DNA of 64,000 nucleotides from Bacteroidales bacterium (GTDB taxonomy: Bacteria > Bacteroidota > Bacteroidia > Bacteroidales > VadinHA17): assembly GCA_041686075.1 (NCBI GenBank), contig JAWLEO010000009.1:30488-94487 (forward strand), read 5' to 3'. The translations under genes and the position numbers were made by a program. The notes beneath the pieces were generated by a model, which was not told the origin of the DNA, ran no database searches, and saw only the letters and a program-made list of their open reading frames with translations. Positions 16,181 to 24,775 of the stretch are shown one piece after another; the first letter of the stretch is position 1; every line of letters begins with the position of its first letter.

Positions 16181-18940
16181 TTAGTGTTTGATGATTCGGC
16201 GAGTGGCGGTGTGGCCGGCGGCGGTGGCGCGGATGAAGTAGAGACCGCGGGGCAATGTAGCCAGGTCCAGTGAGTGTCCTACTGCATCTTTAAACGACGC
16301 CACCTTCCTGCCTGATATATCAAGGATATCGATATCCACTGCCCTGCCGGCGTATTCCCCGGCGATGCTGATAAAGAGCATGTCATCAACAGGGTTGGGA
16401 TAGACGGTGAACCATCCGTCATTCTCCTTTTCAAAGACTATATCTTCAACCGAAACCATCAGCTCGGGTTTGGTAAGCCTTTCAGATGTATATATACGAT
16501 ATTCCCCGGGCTCCAGGCTTATCACAGTTTGTGTATCATCTATGTTCACCGAATCACCGGTGAAATATTCGTACCACCAGCCTGTATTATGGAAGTCGCC
16601 GCTAATCATACCCGTAGTAACGTCAAAATTACCCAGGACAATAACGTTCATCGATTCATGGCTTATCTTAATCCTTTTCTTCAAACCATCGTCAACAATC
16701 TCAAAATCTGAAGAAGAGAAGGCGGGATTCTCTCTTTTCAGCTTTATCAGGGCTGCAAAGGTCCAGTACAACCTGTTCCTGGCAGGTACATTGAAATAGT
16801 CCCACCGTATTGGCTTCTTCCCTGTTCTGCCGTTGTAATCGATTGAATAGTCATAGCCCAGTTCACCAAACTGCCATAGCATCTTGGGTCCGGGGACGGT
16901 GAAAAAGCATGCTGCCGCCAGGGCCAGCCTTTTTATTGCTGTTCCGGGATATTGAACATCATAGCTGCCTGATGAATTACCCCAGGTTATATTTTTATAC
17001 ATCATCCTCTCCTCATCGTGGCTCTCCATGTATGTCACCAGGTGGGGAACATTCCATCCCCTGGCCAGGTATGATCCCCAGGTGATGGAGGCATTGTAGC
17101 CCATGGACAGTTCCTGGTAACGGTCACTCATCTTGCCCCAGGGCATCATACCATATTCGGCCAGTTCCTTTTCCTCCGTGTTATCTGCAAAATGCTCAAG
17201 GATAACATAGAAACCGGGGTCTACCGACCAGATATGATCGGCATACATCTTCCATATGGCCACCCTTGAAGCATCATAGGCGTTCCAGGCCGAAATGCTG
17301 CCCCGGGTATTGTTCTGCGTGAATCCCTTGGACAGGTCGAAGCGGTAGCCGTCGACCTTATATTCCTCGATCCAGTGGCTCATAACTCTTTTGGAAAAGG
17401 CACGTGTATATTCACTCTCATGGTTAAAATCATGAAAGACATTGAAATCGTGAGTGGCTGTTACGTTATACCACGGGTTTTCCTCTGTTACATTGTTGGT
17501 GGCGTCGTTCCAGTAGAGGACAGCCAGTGGCGAGGAGCCCGTGGAGTGGTTCAGCACAACATCAAGTATAACGGCTATGCCACGCCGGTGGCATGAATCG
17601 ACCAGTGCTTTAAGGTCATTTTTTGTACCGTAATACTTATCGGGTGCCAGGTAGTAGGCCGGGTTGTATCCCCAGCTCAGGTTACCGTCGAATTCATTTA
17701 CCGGCATCAGTTCTATGGCATTGACTCCCAGGTTGTCAAGGTAATCGAGTGTGTCGATGAGTGTGAGGTAATGATGTGTGTCCAGGAAGTCACGCATGAG
17801 AAGCTCATAGATAACAAGGTCCTCTTTGGCCGGGCGCTCAAAATCGCTTATGGTCCATTCATATTCGGGTTCAGCGGTTTGCAGTATTGATACCAGGCCC
17901 GTTGTTTTGCCTTCGGGGTATTCTATCAGGCCGGGGTAAGTATCGTCGGTGATATATTCATCATTCCAGGGATCAAGGACTTTTTCAGTGTATGGATCCC
18001 CTATCCTTATTGACTCGTCAACCAGGTACTGGAACCTGTATTCCTGTCCGGCAGTCAACCCATCTATACTTATCCAGAAGCGTTCACCGTCGGCTGTTTT
18101 TTTCATGTAGCCCTCTTCACAGGCAAGCCAGTTGTTAAAATCGCCCAGGACAAAGGCATCTGACTTGCCCGGTGCTGTCAGTACCAGGGTCACCGAGTTG
18201 TCGCCCGTATAGTTAATCCCGTCTTTCATGCCCGTGGGGACTTCCTCTGTCACCGGGTCGCTTTTTACAAACATGTACAATGAGTCGGATGCTATATCGG
18301 GCATGGCATAAGCAGTGATCTTAATCCATTTTCCTCCATATTCATCTGCAGGCACCGTATAAGTTAGCAGTTCCGGATCATCACTCCTGTATGTTCTCAC
18401 ATCGTCGATGAACAATACCAGTGAGTCTGCAAGGGTAGCCGATGCTTCGATCGCCAGGTCTTCATTCAATGAAGAGATAACAGACTGTTCAGAGGGATTT
18501 GTTATTGTAACATTAAGTCCTGCCTCAAAGACATCAACAAAGAGGTCTGCCGTTTGCAGGTCAGCGCTGGCATCACGAAAGACAAAGGCCAGTTTAACCA
18601 CGTCCTCATCGCCGGTCATATTGGGATAGAAGTCCTCTATGCTGGGTGATATTTCCAGCTTATACCTGTAATCGCCCAGGTAGCTAAGCTGGGGCTGGTT
18701 GGAGTTATTACCCCAGTCGCCTATAACATTCACCCAGTCACTGCTGCCCGAGAGTATCACGCCCGTATGGGCATAGAGGTCACCGGTGTAATTATTAAGC
18801 TCGCCTGTGTCTTCATCACTGTTATAATAAACGGTGATGGGCTGTCCCATGGTTACTATTGAGGGGCTGGTTTCTATGATCTGTGCCGGCAATGCCATAG
18901 ACAGGAGAGCCAGCAGCAGAGTCCAAAAAAAATTCTTCAT
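16181..18940 (-). CDS. secreted multidomain GH13 enzyme (CBM48-like module) with T9SS C-terminal sorting domain
   Basis: 919 aa with a signal peptide. GH13 regions VVLNHS, DGYRFDLSKG, ILEHF and YMESHDE are present, plus a CBM48-like GDFNNW...YRFQY. The C-terminal ~80 aa (VYPNPVDDMLFI...LPRGLYFI) is typical of a T9SS type-A CTD. Confidence 0.8.
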   Translation of the reverse strand: MKNFFWTLLLALLSMALPAQIIETSPSIVTMGQPITVYYNSDEDTGELNNYTGDLYAHTGVILSGSSDWVNVIGDWGNNSNQPQLSYLGDYRYKLEISPSIEDFYPNMTGDEDVVKLAFVFRDASADLQTADLFVDVFEAGLNVTITNPSEQSVISSLNEDLAIEASATLADSLVLFIDDVRTYRSDDPELLTYTVPADEYGGKWIKITAYAMPDIASDSLYMFVKSDPVTEEVPTGMKDGINYTGDNSVTLVLTAPGKSDAFVLGDFNNWLACEEGYMKKTADGERFWISIDGLTAGQEYRFQYLVDESIRIGDPYTEKVLDPWNDEYITDDTYPGLIEYPEGKTTGLVSILQTAEPEYEWTISDFERPAKEDLVIYELLMRDFLDTHHYLTLIDTLDYLDNLGVNAIELMPVNEFDGNLSWGYNPAYYLAPDKYYGTKNDLKALVDSCHRRGIAVILDVVLNHSTGSSPLAVLYWNDATNNVTEENPWYNVTATHDFNVFHDFNHESEYTRAFSKRVMSHWIEEYKVDGYRFDLSKGFTQNNTRGSISAWNAYDASRVAIWKMYADHIWSVDPGFYVILEHFADNTEEKELAEYGMMPWGKMSDRYQELSMGYNASITWGSYLARGWNVPHLVTYMESHDEERMMYKNITWGNSSGSYDVQYPGTAIKRLALAAACFFTVPGPKMLWQFGELGYDYSIDYNGRTGKKPIRWDYFNVPARNRLYWTFAALIKLKRENPAFSSSDFEIVDDGLKKRIKISHESMNVIVLGNFDVTTGMISGDFHNTGWWYEYFTGDSVNIDDTQTVISLEPGEYRIYTSERLTKPELMVSVEDIVFEKENDGWFTVYPNPVDDMLFISIAGEYAGRAVDIDILDISGRKVASFKDAVGHSLDLATLPRGLYFIRATAAGHTATRRIIKH

Positions 18941-18957
18941 AACGACCCGGATTAATT

Positions 18958-20808
18958 TTATTTAATTTCCAGTATATATGGTTTGTACGGTGATAATTTT
19001 ATTTTATCACCCAGTTCATAATGCCTGCCGCTCAGAACATCCCTGCCCGACTCTTTACCTTCGAGCACCTCGTTGAAGCGTTCCAGGTTAAGTTCATATG
19101 GTGATGCATTTTTATTAATTATCACCATCACCATATCATTCTCATTGTACCTGAAGTACACGTAGGTGCTGTGTTCAGGGGCAAAGTGGATGAGTTTACC
19201 AGTATGTATAACCTCTGCCGTTTTGCGCCAGTTGAGCAATTTCTTAAAGAGGTTCTGCATGTTCTTTTCTTCCCCGGACATCCCTTTGCCGGTGAAGGCA
19301 TTCACCCTGTCCCCGGCCCAGCCTCCCGGAAAGTCCTTGCGTATATATCCATGGTCATCGCCTTCCCTGTGGGTCATAAGTATTTCGGTGCCGTAGAAGA
19401 TCTGGGGTATGCCCCTTGTTGTTAAGAAGTACACTATGCCGTTCCTGAAGAGGTCACGGTTCATGTCCATTTGCATATAGAACCTCGGCATATCGTGGTT
19501 ATCGGGAAAGACAAGCAGTTTATAAGGATCGGGATAGAGGAAGTCATTGGCCAGCATCTCGTATATCTTTATCAATCCGCTGTTCCAGCCTTCTTTCTCT
19601 GTCAGTCCCTTGCTCACGGCATCCTGGAGGGGGAAATCCATGAGGCTCGGTAATTCACCTTCATAGCCATCCTTATTATCCTGTCCTTTTTGCCAGTATG
19701 ACACTATTGCCGGGTTCAGGCTCCATTCCTCACCCACTATATTAAAATGGGGATATTCTTTACTGACCCTCCTGTTCCACTCTGCCATCATATGTTTATC
19801 GGGATAGGGATAGGTATCCATTCTTATTCCTGCTATGCCGGAATATTCTATCCACCATATGCTGTTCTGAATGAGGTATTCTGCCATAAAAGGATTTTCC
19901 TGGTTCAGGTCGGGCATGGCAGGGGCAAACCAGCCATCGGTCATCCCTTCTTTATCTGCCTGTGAGGCATAGGGATCCTGGTTTACCGTCCGCCTGTGGT
20001 TTGTACGCACAAATTCGGGGTGACTGAGCCAGTCGTCAGCCGGAAGGTCATCCATCCACCAGTGGCCGGTGCCGCAATGGTTGAAGATCATATCCATGAT
20101 CACCTTCATGCCTTTTTCCTTTGCTTCCCTGATCATTTCAACATAATCTTCGTTGGTACCGAAACGCCTGTCCACCTTATAAAAGTCAGTGGCTGCATAG
20201 CCATGGTACGACCATTCTGGCATATCGTTTTCCAGGACTGGATTAAGCCAGATAGCTGTAAAACCCATTTTTTCGATATAGTCCAGGTGGTCTCTTATTC
20301 CTTTTATATCGCCTCCGTGTCTTCCATACCGTTTCCTCCGGTTGAGACCCTCCTTCATCCCTTCGACCTCATCATTGGAAGGGTCGCCGTTAGCGAAGCG
20401 GTCGGGCATGATTAGGTACATCACATCCGGGTTGTCAAAACCTTTTCTTTCGGCTGATCCGGCTTCCCTCTCCAGGAGCTCATATCCTTCTTCAAAAGTA
20501 TTATCCTCATCATCCGTGAATCGTATCTTAAATATGCCCGCTTCTGTTTCCGGTGCCAGGTCAAGATTGATAAAGAGGTAATTATTGTTATTGGTACGGT
20601 CAACAGAGACCAGGCTGATCCCGCCATAATCAACACTCACCCTGTAATCTGCTATATCCTCACCATGCACCATCAGCTGAAGGCCGGGATGGTTCATCCC
20701 TGTCCACCAGAATGGAGGTTCGATGCGATCGATCGGGGCTTGTGATTTAACAGGTACAGTCATAATGGCAATAGCATAGAGCAGTAATAGTTTTATTTTC
20801 ATTATCAA
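18958..20808 (-). CDS. GH13 cyclomaltodextrinase/neopullulanase-like enzyme (SusA-like)
   Basis: 616 aa with a signal peptide and an N-terminal IEPPFWWTGM cyclomaltodextrinase-N-like domain. GH13 regions DMIFNHCG, GIRMDTYPY, VGEEWS and FPDNHDMPR are present. Confidence 0.85.
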   Translation of the reverse strand: MIMKIKLLLLYAIAIMTVPVKSQAPIDRIEPPFWWTGMNHPGLQLMVHGEDIADYRVSVDYGGISLVSVDRTNNNNYLFINLDLAPETEAGIFKIRFTDDEDNTFEEGYELLEREAGSAERKGFDNPDVMYLIMPDRFANGDPSNDEVEGMKEGLNRRKRYGRHGGDIKGIRDHLDYIEKMGFTAIWLNPVLENDMPEWSYHGYAATDFYKVDRRFGTNEDYVEMIREAKEKGMKVIMDMIFNHCGTGHWWMDDLPADDWLSHPEFVRTNHRRTVNQDPYASQADKEGMTDGWFAPAMPDLNQENPFMAEYLIQNSIWWIEYSGIAGIRMDTYPYPDKHMMAEWNRRVSKEYPHFNIVGEEWSLNPAIVSYWQKGQDNKDGYEGELPSLMDFPLQDAVSKGLTEKEGWNSGLIKIYEMLANDFLYPDPYKLLVFPDNHDMPRFYMQMDMNRDLFRNGIVYFLTTRGIPQIFYGTEILMTHREGDDHGYIRKDFPGGWAGDRVNAFTGKGMSGEEKNMQNLFKKLLNWRKTAEVIHTGKLIHFAPEHSTYVYFRYNENDMVMVIINKNASPYELNLERFNEVLEGKESGRDVLSGRHYELGDKIKLSPYKPYILEIK

Positions 20809-21962
20809 AAGGTATAATTAAAAGTCATATAATCCATGCCCTGGAGGATATTTCCCTGGAAGTCAAAGAAGGTATTACAATCAAAAGCGGATCCTGTGCC
20901 CCACTGTGTTTTGGCATTGGAGCTTATCCATGCCGGTTCCCAGTAGAATATACCCTTACCGCCGCCATCGATTATTTCCTGGGTGAGTTTCCTGAGGTAT
21001 TTATACTGTCCTGCTTCCGTTGCAGGATAGTTGGGCACGAGCTTATCAACATCCAATATGTTGGGGTATGAGTCAGCATTTTCCAGTGTCCAGGGGTATG
21101 CTGTCTCAAGTACCATAACATCTTTACCATAGGTATTTTTAAGTTCCCGTATATATTCACTCACATCATTCAGTGAAACGGATGACCAGATATAATAATA
21201 TGACAATCCTATTATATCATATTCAGCCAGCCCTTCCCGGCTCAGTCCGTTAAGCCAGTTATTCACATTTTCAGGCTGTGCGACATGTATCAGGACCTTT
21301 GTATCGACAGAACTTTCTGCGGCTGCATCCCTCACTGCATTTATTGCTTTGTTTATAAGGCTGATGAATTGTGCTGTATTGTCCCACCTGTCGCCATGTG
21401 GAAGGACGAAGCCGGGGTTTATTTCATTACCCACCTGGACATATTCCGGCATAAGGCCCTGGCCATCGAGCTTCTTCAGGGTCTGGTAAGTATAATTATA
21501 GATGCTATCGCCGAGTGTCTCAGGGTCAAGTCCTTCCCATGCTTCCGGTGGCACCTGTTTGCCCGGGTCGGCCCAGTTGTCCGAATAATGAAAATCGAGC
21601 AGCACTCTCATCCCCTCTTCTTTGGTTCTCTGTATACCCAGGCGTACATCTTCAAAATCGTGATACATCTTATCACCACCGTAGAGGTCGGCTGTCCAAG
21701 CCGGGGTGTGGAAAAGGCGGAAACGCACCGCCCCGGTACCGTATTTGCTGAAGATTTTATAGGGATCGGTCACCTTACCTGAATCGATATAACTACCTCC
21801 GTGGTCAAGTATCTCATTAACATAGCTCAGGTCGGCACCCATAAGGAAGGTATCGGGTTTATAAAACACCCGCTGATCTTCGTTTCCTTCAACCTCATTC
21901 TTATTACATGAAAGCATTGTAACGGAGGCCAGGACAAGTATAGACAATATTGATCTCATCAT
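20805..21962 (-). CDS. GH53 family protein (endo-beta-1,4-galactanase-like)
   Basis: 385 aa with a signal peptide. It has GADLSYVNE, VQVGNEINPG (acid/base region) and VMVLETAYPW (nucleophile region). Its stop overlaps the downstream GH13 start by 4 nt. Confidence 0.7.
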   Translation of the reverse strand: MMRSILSILVLASVTMLSCNKNEVEGNEDQRVFYKPDTFLMGADLSYVNEILDHGGSYIDSGKVTDPYKIFSKYGTGAVRFRLFHTPAWTADLYGGDKMYHDFEDVRLGIQRTKEEGMRVLLDFHYSDNWADPGKQVPPEAWEGLDPETLGDSIYNYTYQTLKKLDGQGLMPEYVQVGNEINPGFVLPHGDRWDNTAQFISLINKAINAVRDAAAESSVDTKVLIHVAQPENVNNWLNGLSREGLAEYDIIGLSYYYIWSSVSLNDVSEYIRELKNTYGKDVMVLETAYPWTLENADSYPNILDVDKLVPNYPATEAGQYKYLRKLTQEIIDGGGKGIFYWEPAWISSNAKTQWGTGSAFDCNTFFDFQGNILQGMDYMTFNYTF

Positions 21963-22010
21963 AAAGTAAAGATTTTAACACCGGTAAGTTATCAAGTTAA
22001 TAAAAGAGGA

Positions 22011-22055
22011 TAAAAAAAGGTTGTGAAGAAAGAATTTTTTTCTCTCAACACAACC
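22011..22055 (-). terminator. candidate intrinsic terminator after the susE-like gene
   Basis: Minus strand GGTTGTG...CACAACC stem followed by TTTTTTTA. Confidence 0.5.
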
Positions 22056-22074
22056 ATTTTCTGAATCCAAAATC

Positions 22075-23142
22075 CTAATTTTTAACTACCGTATAAGTGT
22101 AAATCGCCTGGCTCAGATCGAGCGTAATGGTGTAGTTACCTGCTTCAGGTATAGGAATATTAGATCCTCCCGGTTCTAGAATGCCATCCGGCTCATCATC
22201 ACCAAAGTTGAGAGCCCAGTCATCGTTAGCACGGAACTTGAAATCCCCTGCCTGGAGGTCGAGGGTAACTTCAAGAACGTCATCAGTGTCATTATAGGTC
22301 ATATCCACATCCACGCTCCAATCGTAAGGAGGCACGGCACCGCCGATAATACCCCACTCGGTGCGCAATATTGAATATGTTGCCGCATCCAGGTCTGCCT
22401 TTATCCTGTGCAGTCCGGGGTCAGTGTTTATCATAATATTATTCCCGCCCCATGCTCCTATCTGCAGTGTGCCGGAGGTACCTGACGGATCGGGATCACC
22501 TATTGTATTATCCTCTTCCCATGCGGGCACTTTAAGTAATTTAAAGTAACTGGGATTGGAATATGTATAGATATATCCCTCATACTTTTCGTTAAAGTTT
22601 GCCGACCATATCACCGATGATGAATCACCGGCGTTCCAGCTATTATGATCACCGGGAACGAAGAGTCTCGGGTATATAATGACTTTCTCGAAGGGAGTGA
22701 GGGTAAAGCTGATCACATTTGAATAGACGGTGTCTATCTCTTCATGCAATACAGCCATTAACCTTGCTTCCAGGTCCACCGGCTGCTCGGGGGTGGCACC
22801 CATTGCCATCAGTGTCCCGTTCAGGTCTCCCACCGTGAAGGCCAGTCGTTGGCCGTTGGTATTACCAAGCTTCATATATTCAGCAAAATTATTCCCTGCA
22901 AAGTCCATCTGTAAGAAATATGTTGCTGCAGCGTTAAAACCATAGTCAGCCTTGTTCCATGTAAAGGCCACTATATCGTCTTCATTTTCTTCAAGGAGGA
23001 CTTCACTGTCGCCTGCCAGAGCACTTCTCAATACCGGTCCGGTGAGTGTATCCGACAGGAAGGGTCCTTCCTTGTCTTTCTCGCAAGACTGGAAAAATAT
23101 CAATCCCAGTATTGCCATTAATATGATAGTTACTTTCTTCAT
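22075..23142 (-). CDS. susE: SusE/SusF-like starch-binding outer-membrane lipoprotein
   Basis: The start was taken at the internal MKKVTIILMAILGLIFFQSC lipobox, because the longer ORF overlaps susD. It has an N-terminal SusE-like segment (AFTWNKADYGFNAAATY). The C-terminal module has W/FKFRANDDW starch-binding-like motifs. Confidence 0.7.
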   Translation of the reverse strand: MKKVTIILMAILGLIFFQSCEKDKEGPFLSDTLTGPVLRSALAGDSEVLLEENEDDIVAFTWNKADYGFNAAATYFLQMDFAGNNFAEYMKLGNTNGQRLAFTVGDLNGTLMAMGATPEQPVDLEARLMAVLHEEIDTVYSNVISFTLTPFEKVIIYPRLFVPGDHNSWNAGDSSSVIWSANFNEKYEGYIYTYSNPSYFKLLKVPAWEEDNTIGDPDPSGTSGTLQIGAWGGNNIMINTDPGLHRIKADLDAATYSILRTEWGIIGGAVPPYDWSVDVDMTYNDTDDVLEVTLDLQAGDFKFRANDDWALNFGDDEPDGILEPGGSNIPIPEAGNYTITLDLSQAIYTYTVVKN

Positions 23143-23155
23143 AGCTATTAATTTT

Positions 23156-24757
23156 CTAGTTTTCACCATATCCGGGGTTTTGCTCCAGGTTTGGATTCGC
23201 TCCGCGGTCGGCATCGGGTATCGGGAAAAGTTTATATTTCGGATCTGTTGGTATCCCATCTTTTGCCGCTCCCTTAAACTGCCAGAGATAATCTCCGCCG
23301 GTGAATAAACCGAAGCGTATAAGGTCGGTCCGGCGGTGGCCTTCAAAGTGGAATTCCCTGCCTCTCTCGTCCAGTATCCAGTCGAGTGTAAGCTGTCCGG
23401 CTGAAATTTCCCCTGCAGGGCCTTCATAAGCCCTGTTACGTACCAGGTTAACATAGGTAAGGGCATCGTTGGCATTTGAGTTAGTGGCCCCGCGCAGGTG
23501 TGCCTCTGCATACATGAGGTATACGTCTGCCAGCCTGAGAAATGGAATGTCAGTATCGGCGTGTGTAGGGTGGGAGCCTGCCACACCTTCGGAGGTTAGG
23601 TTCGTCCATTTTGTCAGGCGATATCCTTCGGATGGTTCAAACTGGTCTTCAATATCCAGTGTCTGACCATCGGTCCAGATCATAGCCCTCTTATCTGTTG
23701 CTCCTGTTATGTCGGGGAAGACAGCAACAAATTCCCTTATTGTCCTGAGTCCGTTCCATGCTTCGCTTGTTCCCCAATCGGCAGGCGTCATTGTGCCGCC
23801 TACGGTGGCGCAAACCAGGAAGGTGCTGCCACCCCATGTCTTGATGGACTGGCCATCCTGGGGTATTGCAAAGATTACACCACTGGCAGTATGGTTATCG
23901 GCCATGAACAACTCCGGATATGAATCGTGGAGTGTAAAGCCTGCATTGATAACATTCTGGCAATTGGTGATCACCCCGTCGTAGTTTGGTGTACCTGTAT
24001 ATACTTCTGCATTAAGGTAGAGTTTAGCAAGGAGGATCCATGCCGCTGCCTGGTCAAAACGACCGTAGTCATTTGTCATGGGCGGCGGAAGGTCATCAAC
24101 CAGGTCGAGCAGTTCAGCTTCGACATAGTCATAGAGGTCAGCCCTGCTGATTTGTTCGGGCAGGAATGAACCCACCTCGTCTTCTTCAGTTACGAAGGGC
24201 ACGTTGCCAAACATATCGAGGGCGTGGTAGTATGTAAGGGCTCGCATCATACGTGCTTCGGCCCTGTAGCCCCTTATCGTTTCCTTTTCAGCATCGGAGA
24301 ATCCCCTTTCATCCAGCTTGCTCTCAGCTGACTCCCTGATAAATTCATTACATAAGGATATCTGGTAAAATACCCTTGAGTACATATTTGTTATAAACTC
24401 GTTTGAAGGCGACCAGTCCATTTCCTGGTAATCCCTGAGGTTACCGTCGTTCCATGACAGTATAGCCTCATCGGTAGGCAGTTCCTGTGCGTAAAAATAT
24501 GCCCTGTGGTACTGTCCGAATCCCTCATCCAGTCCGCTCAGGTCATTCATGCCATGCGGCCCTTGCTGCCCGCTCAGGGCCAGGCCGGCATATACTTTAG
24601 CCAGTACTAATTTGTAGTTAGCTGCATCCTGATATACTGTTGCAGATGTTATAACGTCGTCATCAAGAGGTATTGTATCAAGGTCATTAATACAGGATGT
24701 CAGCGACATAATAATGCTTACAACTGCAACAACTGATATTTTGATATATTTATTCAT
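23156..24757 (-). CDS. susD: SusD/RagB family nutrient-binding outer-membrane lipoprotein
   Basis: 533 aa with lipobox SLTSC, SusD-like helical repeats and the C-terminal RRTDLIRFG motif. It follows susC directly. Confidence 0.85.
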   Translation of the reverse strand: MNKYIKISVVAVVSIIMSLTSCINDLDTIPLDDDVITSATVYQDAANYKLVLAKVYAGLALSGQQGPHGMNDLSGLDEGFGQYHRAYFYAQELPTDEAILSWNDGNLRDYQEMDWSPSNEFITNMYSRVFYQISLCNEFIRESAESKLDERGFSDAEKETIRGYRAEARMMRALTYYHALDMFGNVPFVTEEDEVGSFLPEQISRADLYDYVEAELLDLVDDLPPPMTNDYGRFDQAAAWILLAKLYLNAEVYTGTPNYDGVITNCQNVINAGFTLHDSYPELFMADNHTASGVIFAIPQDGQSIKTWGGSTFLVCATVGGTMTPADWGTSEAWNGLRTIREFVAVFPDITGATDKRAMIWTDGQTLDIEDQFEPSEGYRLTKWTNLTSEGVAGSHPTHADTDIPFLRLADVYLMYAEAHLRGATNSNANDALTYVNLVRNRAYEGPAGEISAGQLTLDWILDERGREFHFEGHRRTDLIRFGLFTGGDYLWQFKGAAKDGIPTDPKYKLFPIPDADRGANPNLEQNPGYGEN

Positions 24758-24775
24758 TTCCTTATTCTTTTAACA

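Noticed and set aside
15998-16273. 91-aa plus-strand ORF
   Set aside because: It spans the GGAAT hairpin and GC-rich repeat mosaic and runs antisense into the GH13 3' end. It is a repeat translation.
22075-23586. 503-aa version of the susE-like ORF
   Set aside because: The first 148 codons overlap the susD 3' end and have no signal peptide. An internal Met at 23142 starts a canonical lipoprotein signal (…LIFFQSC) 14 nt after the susD stop.
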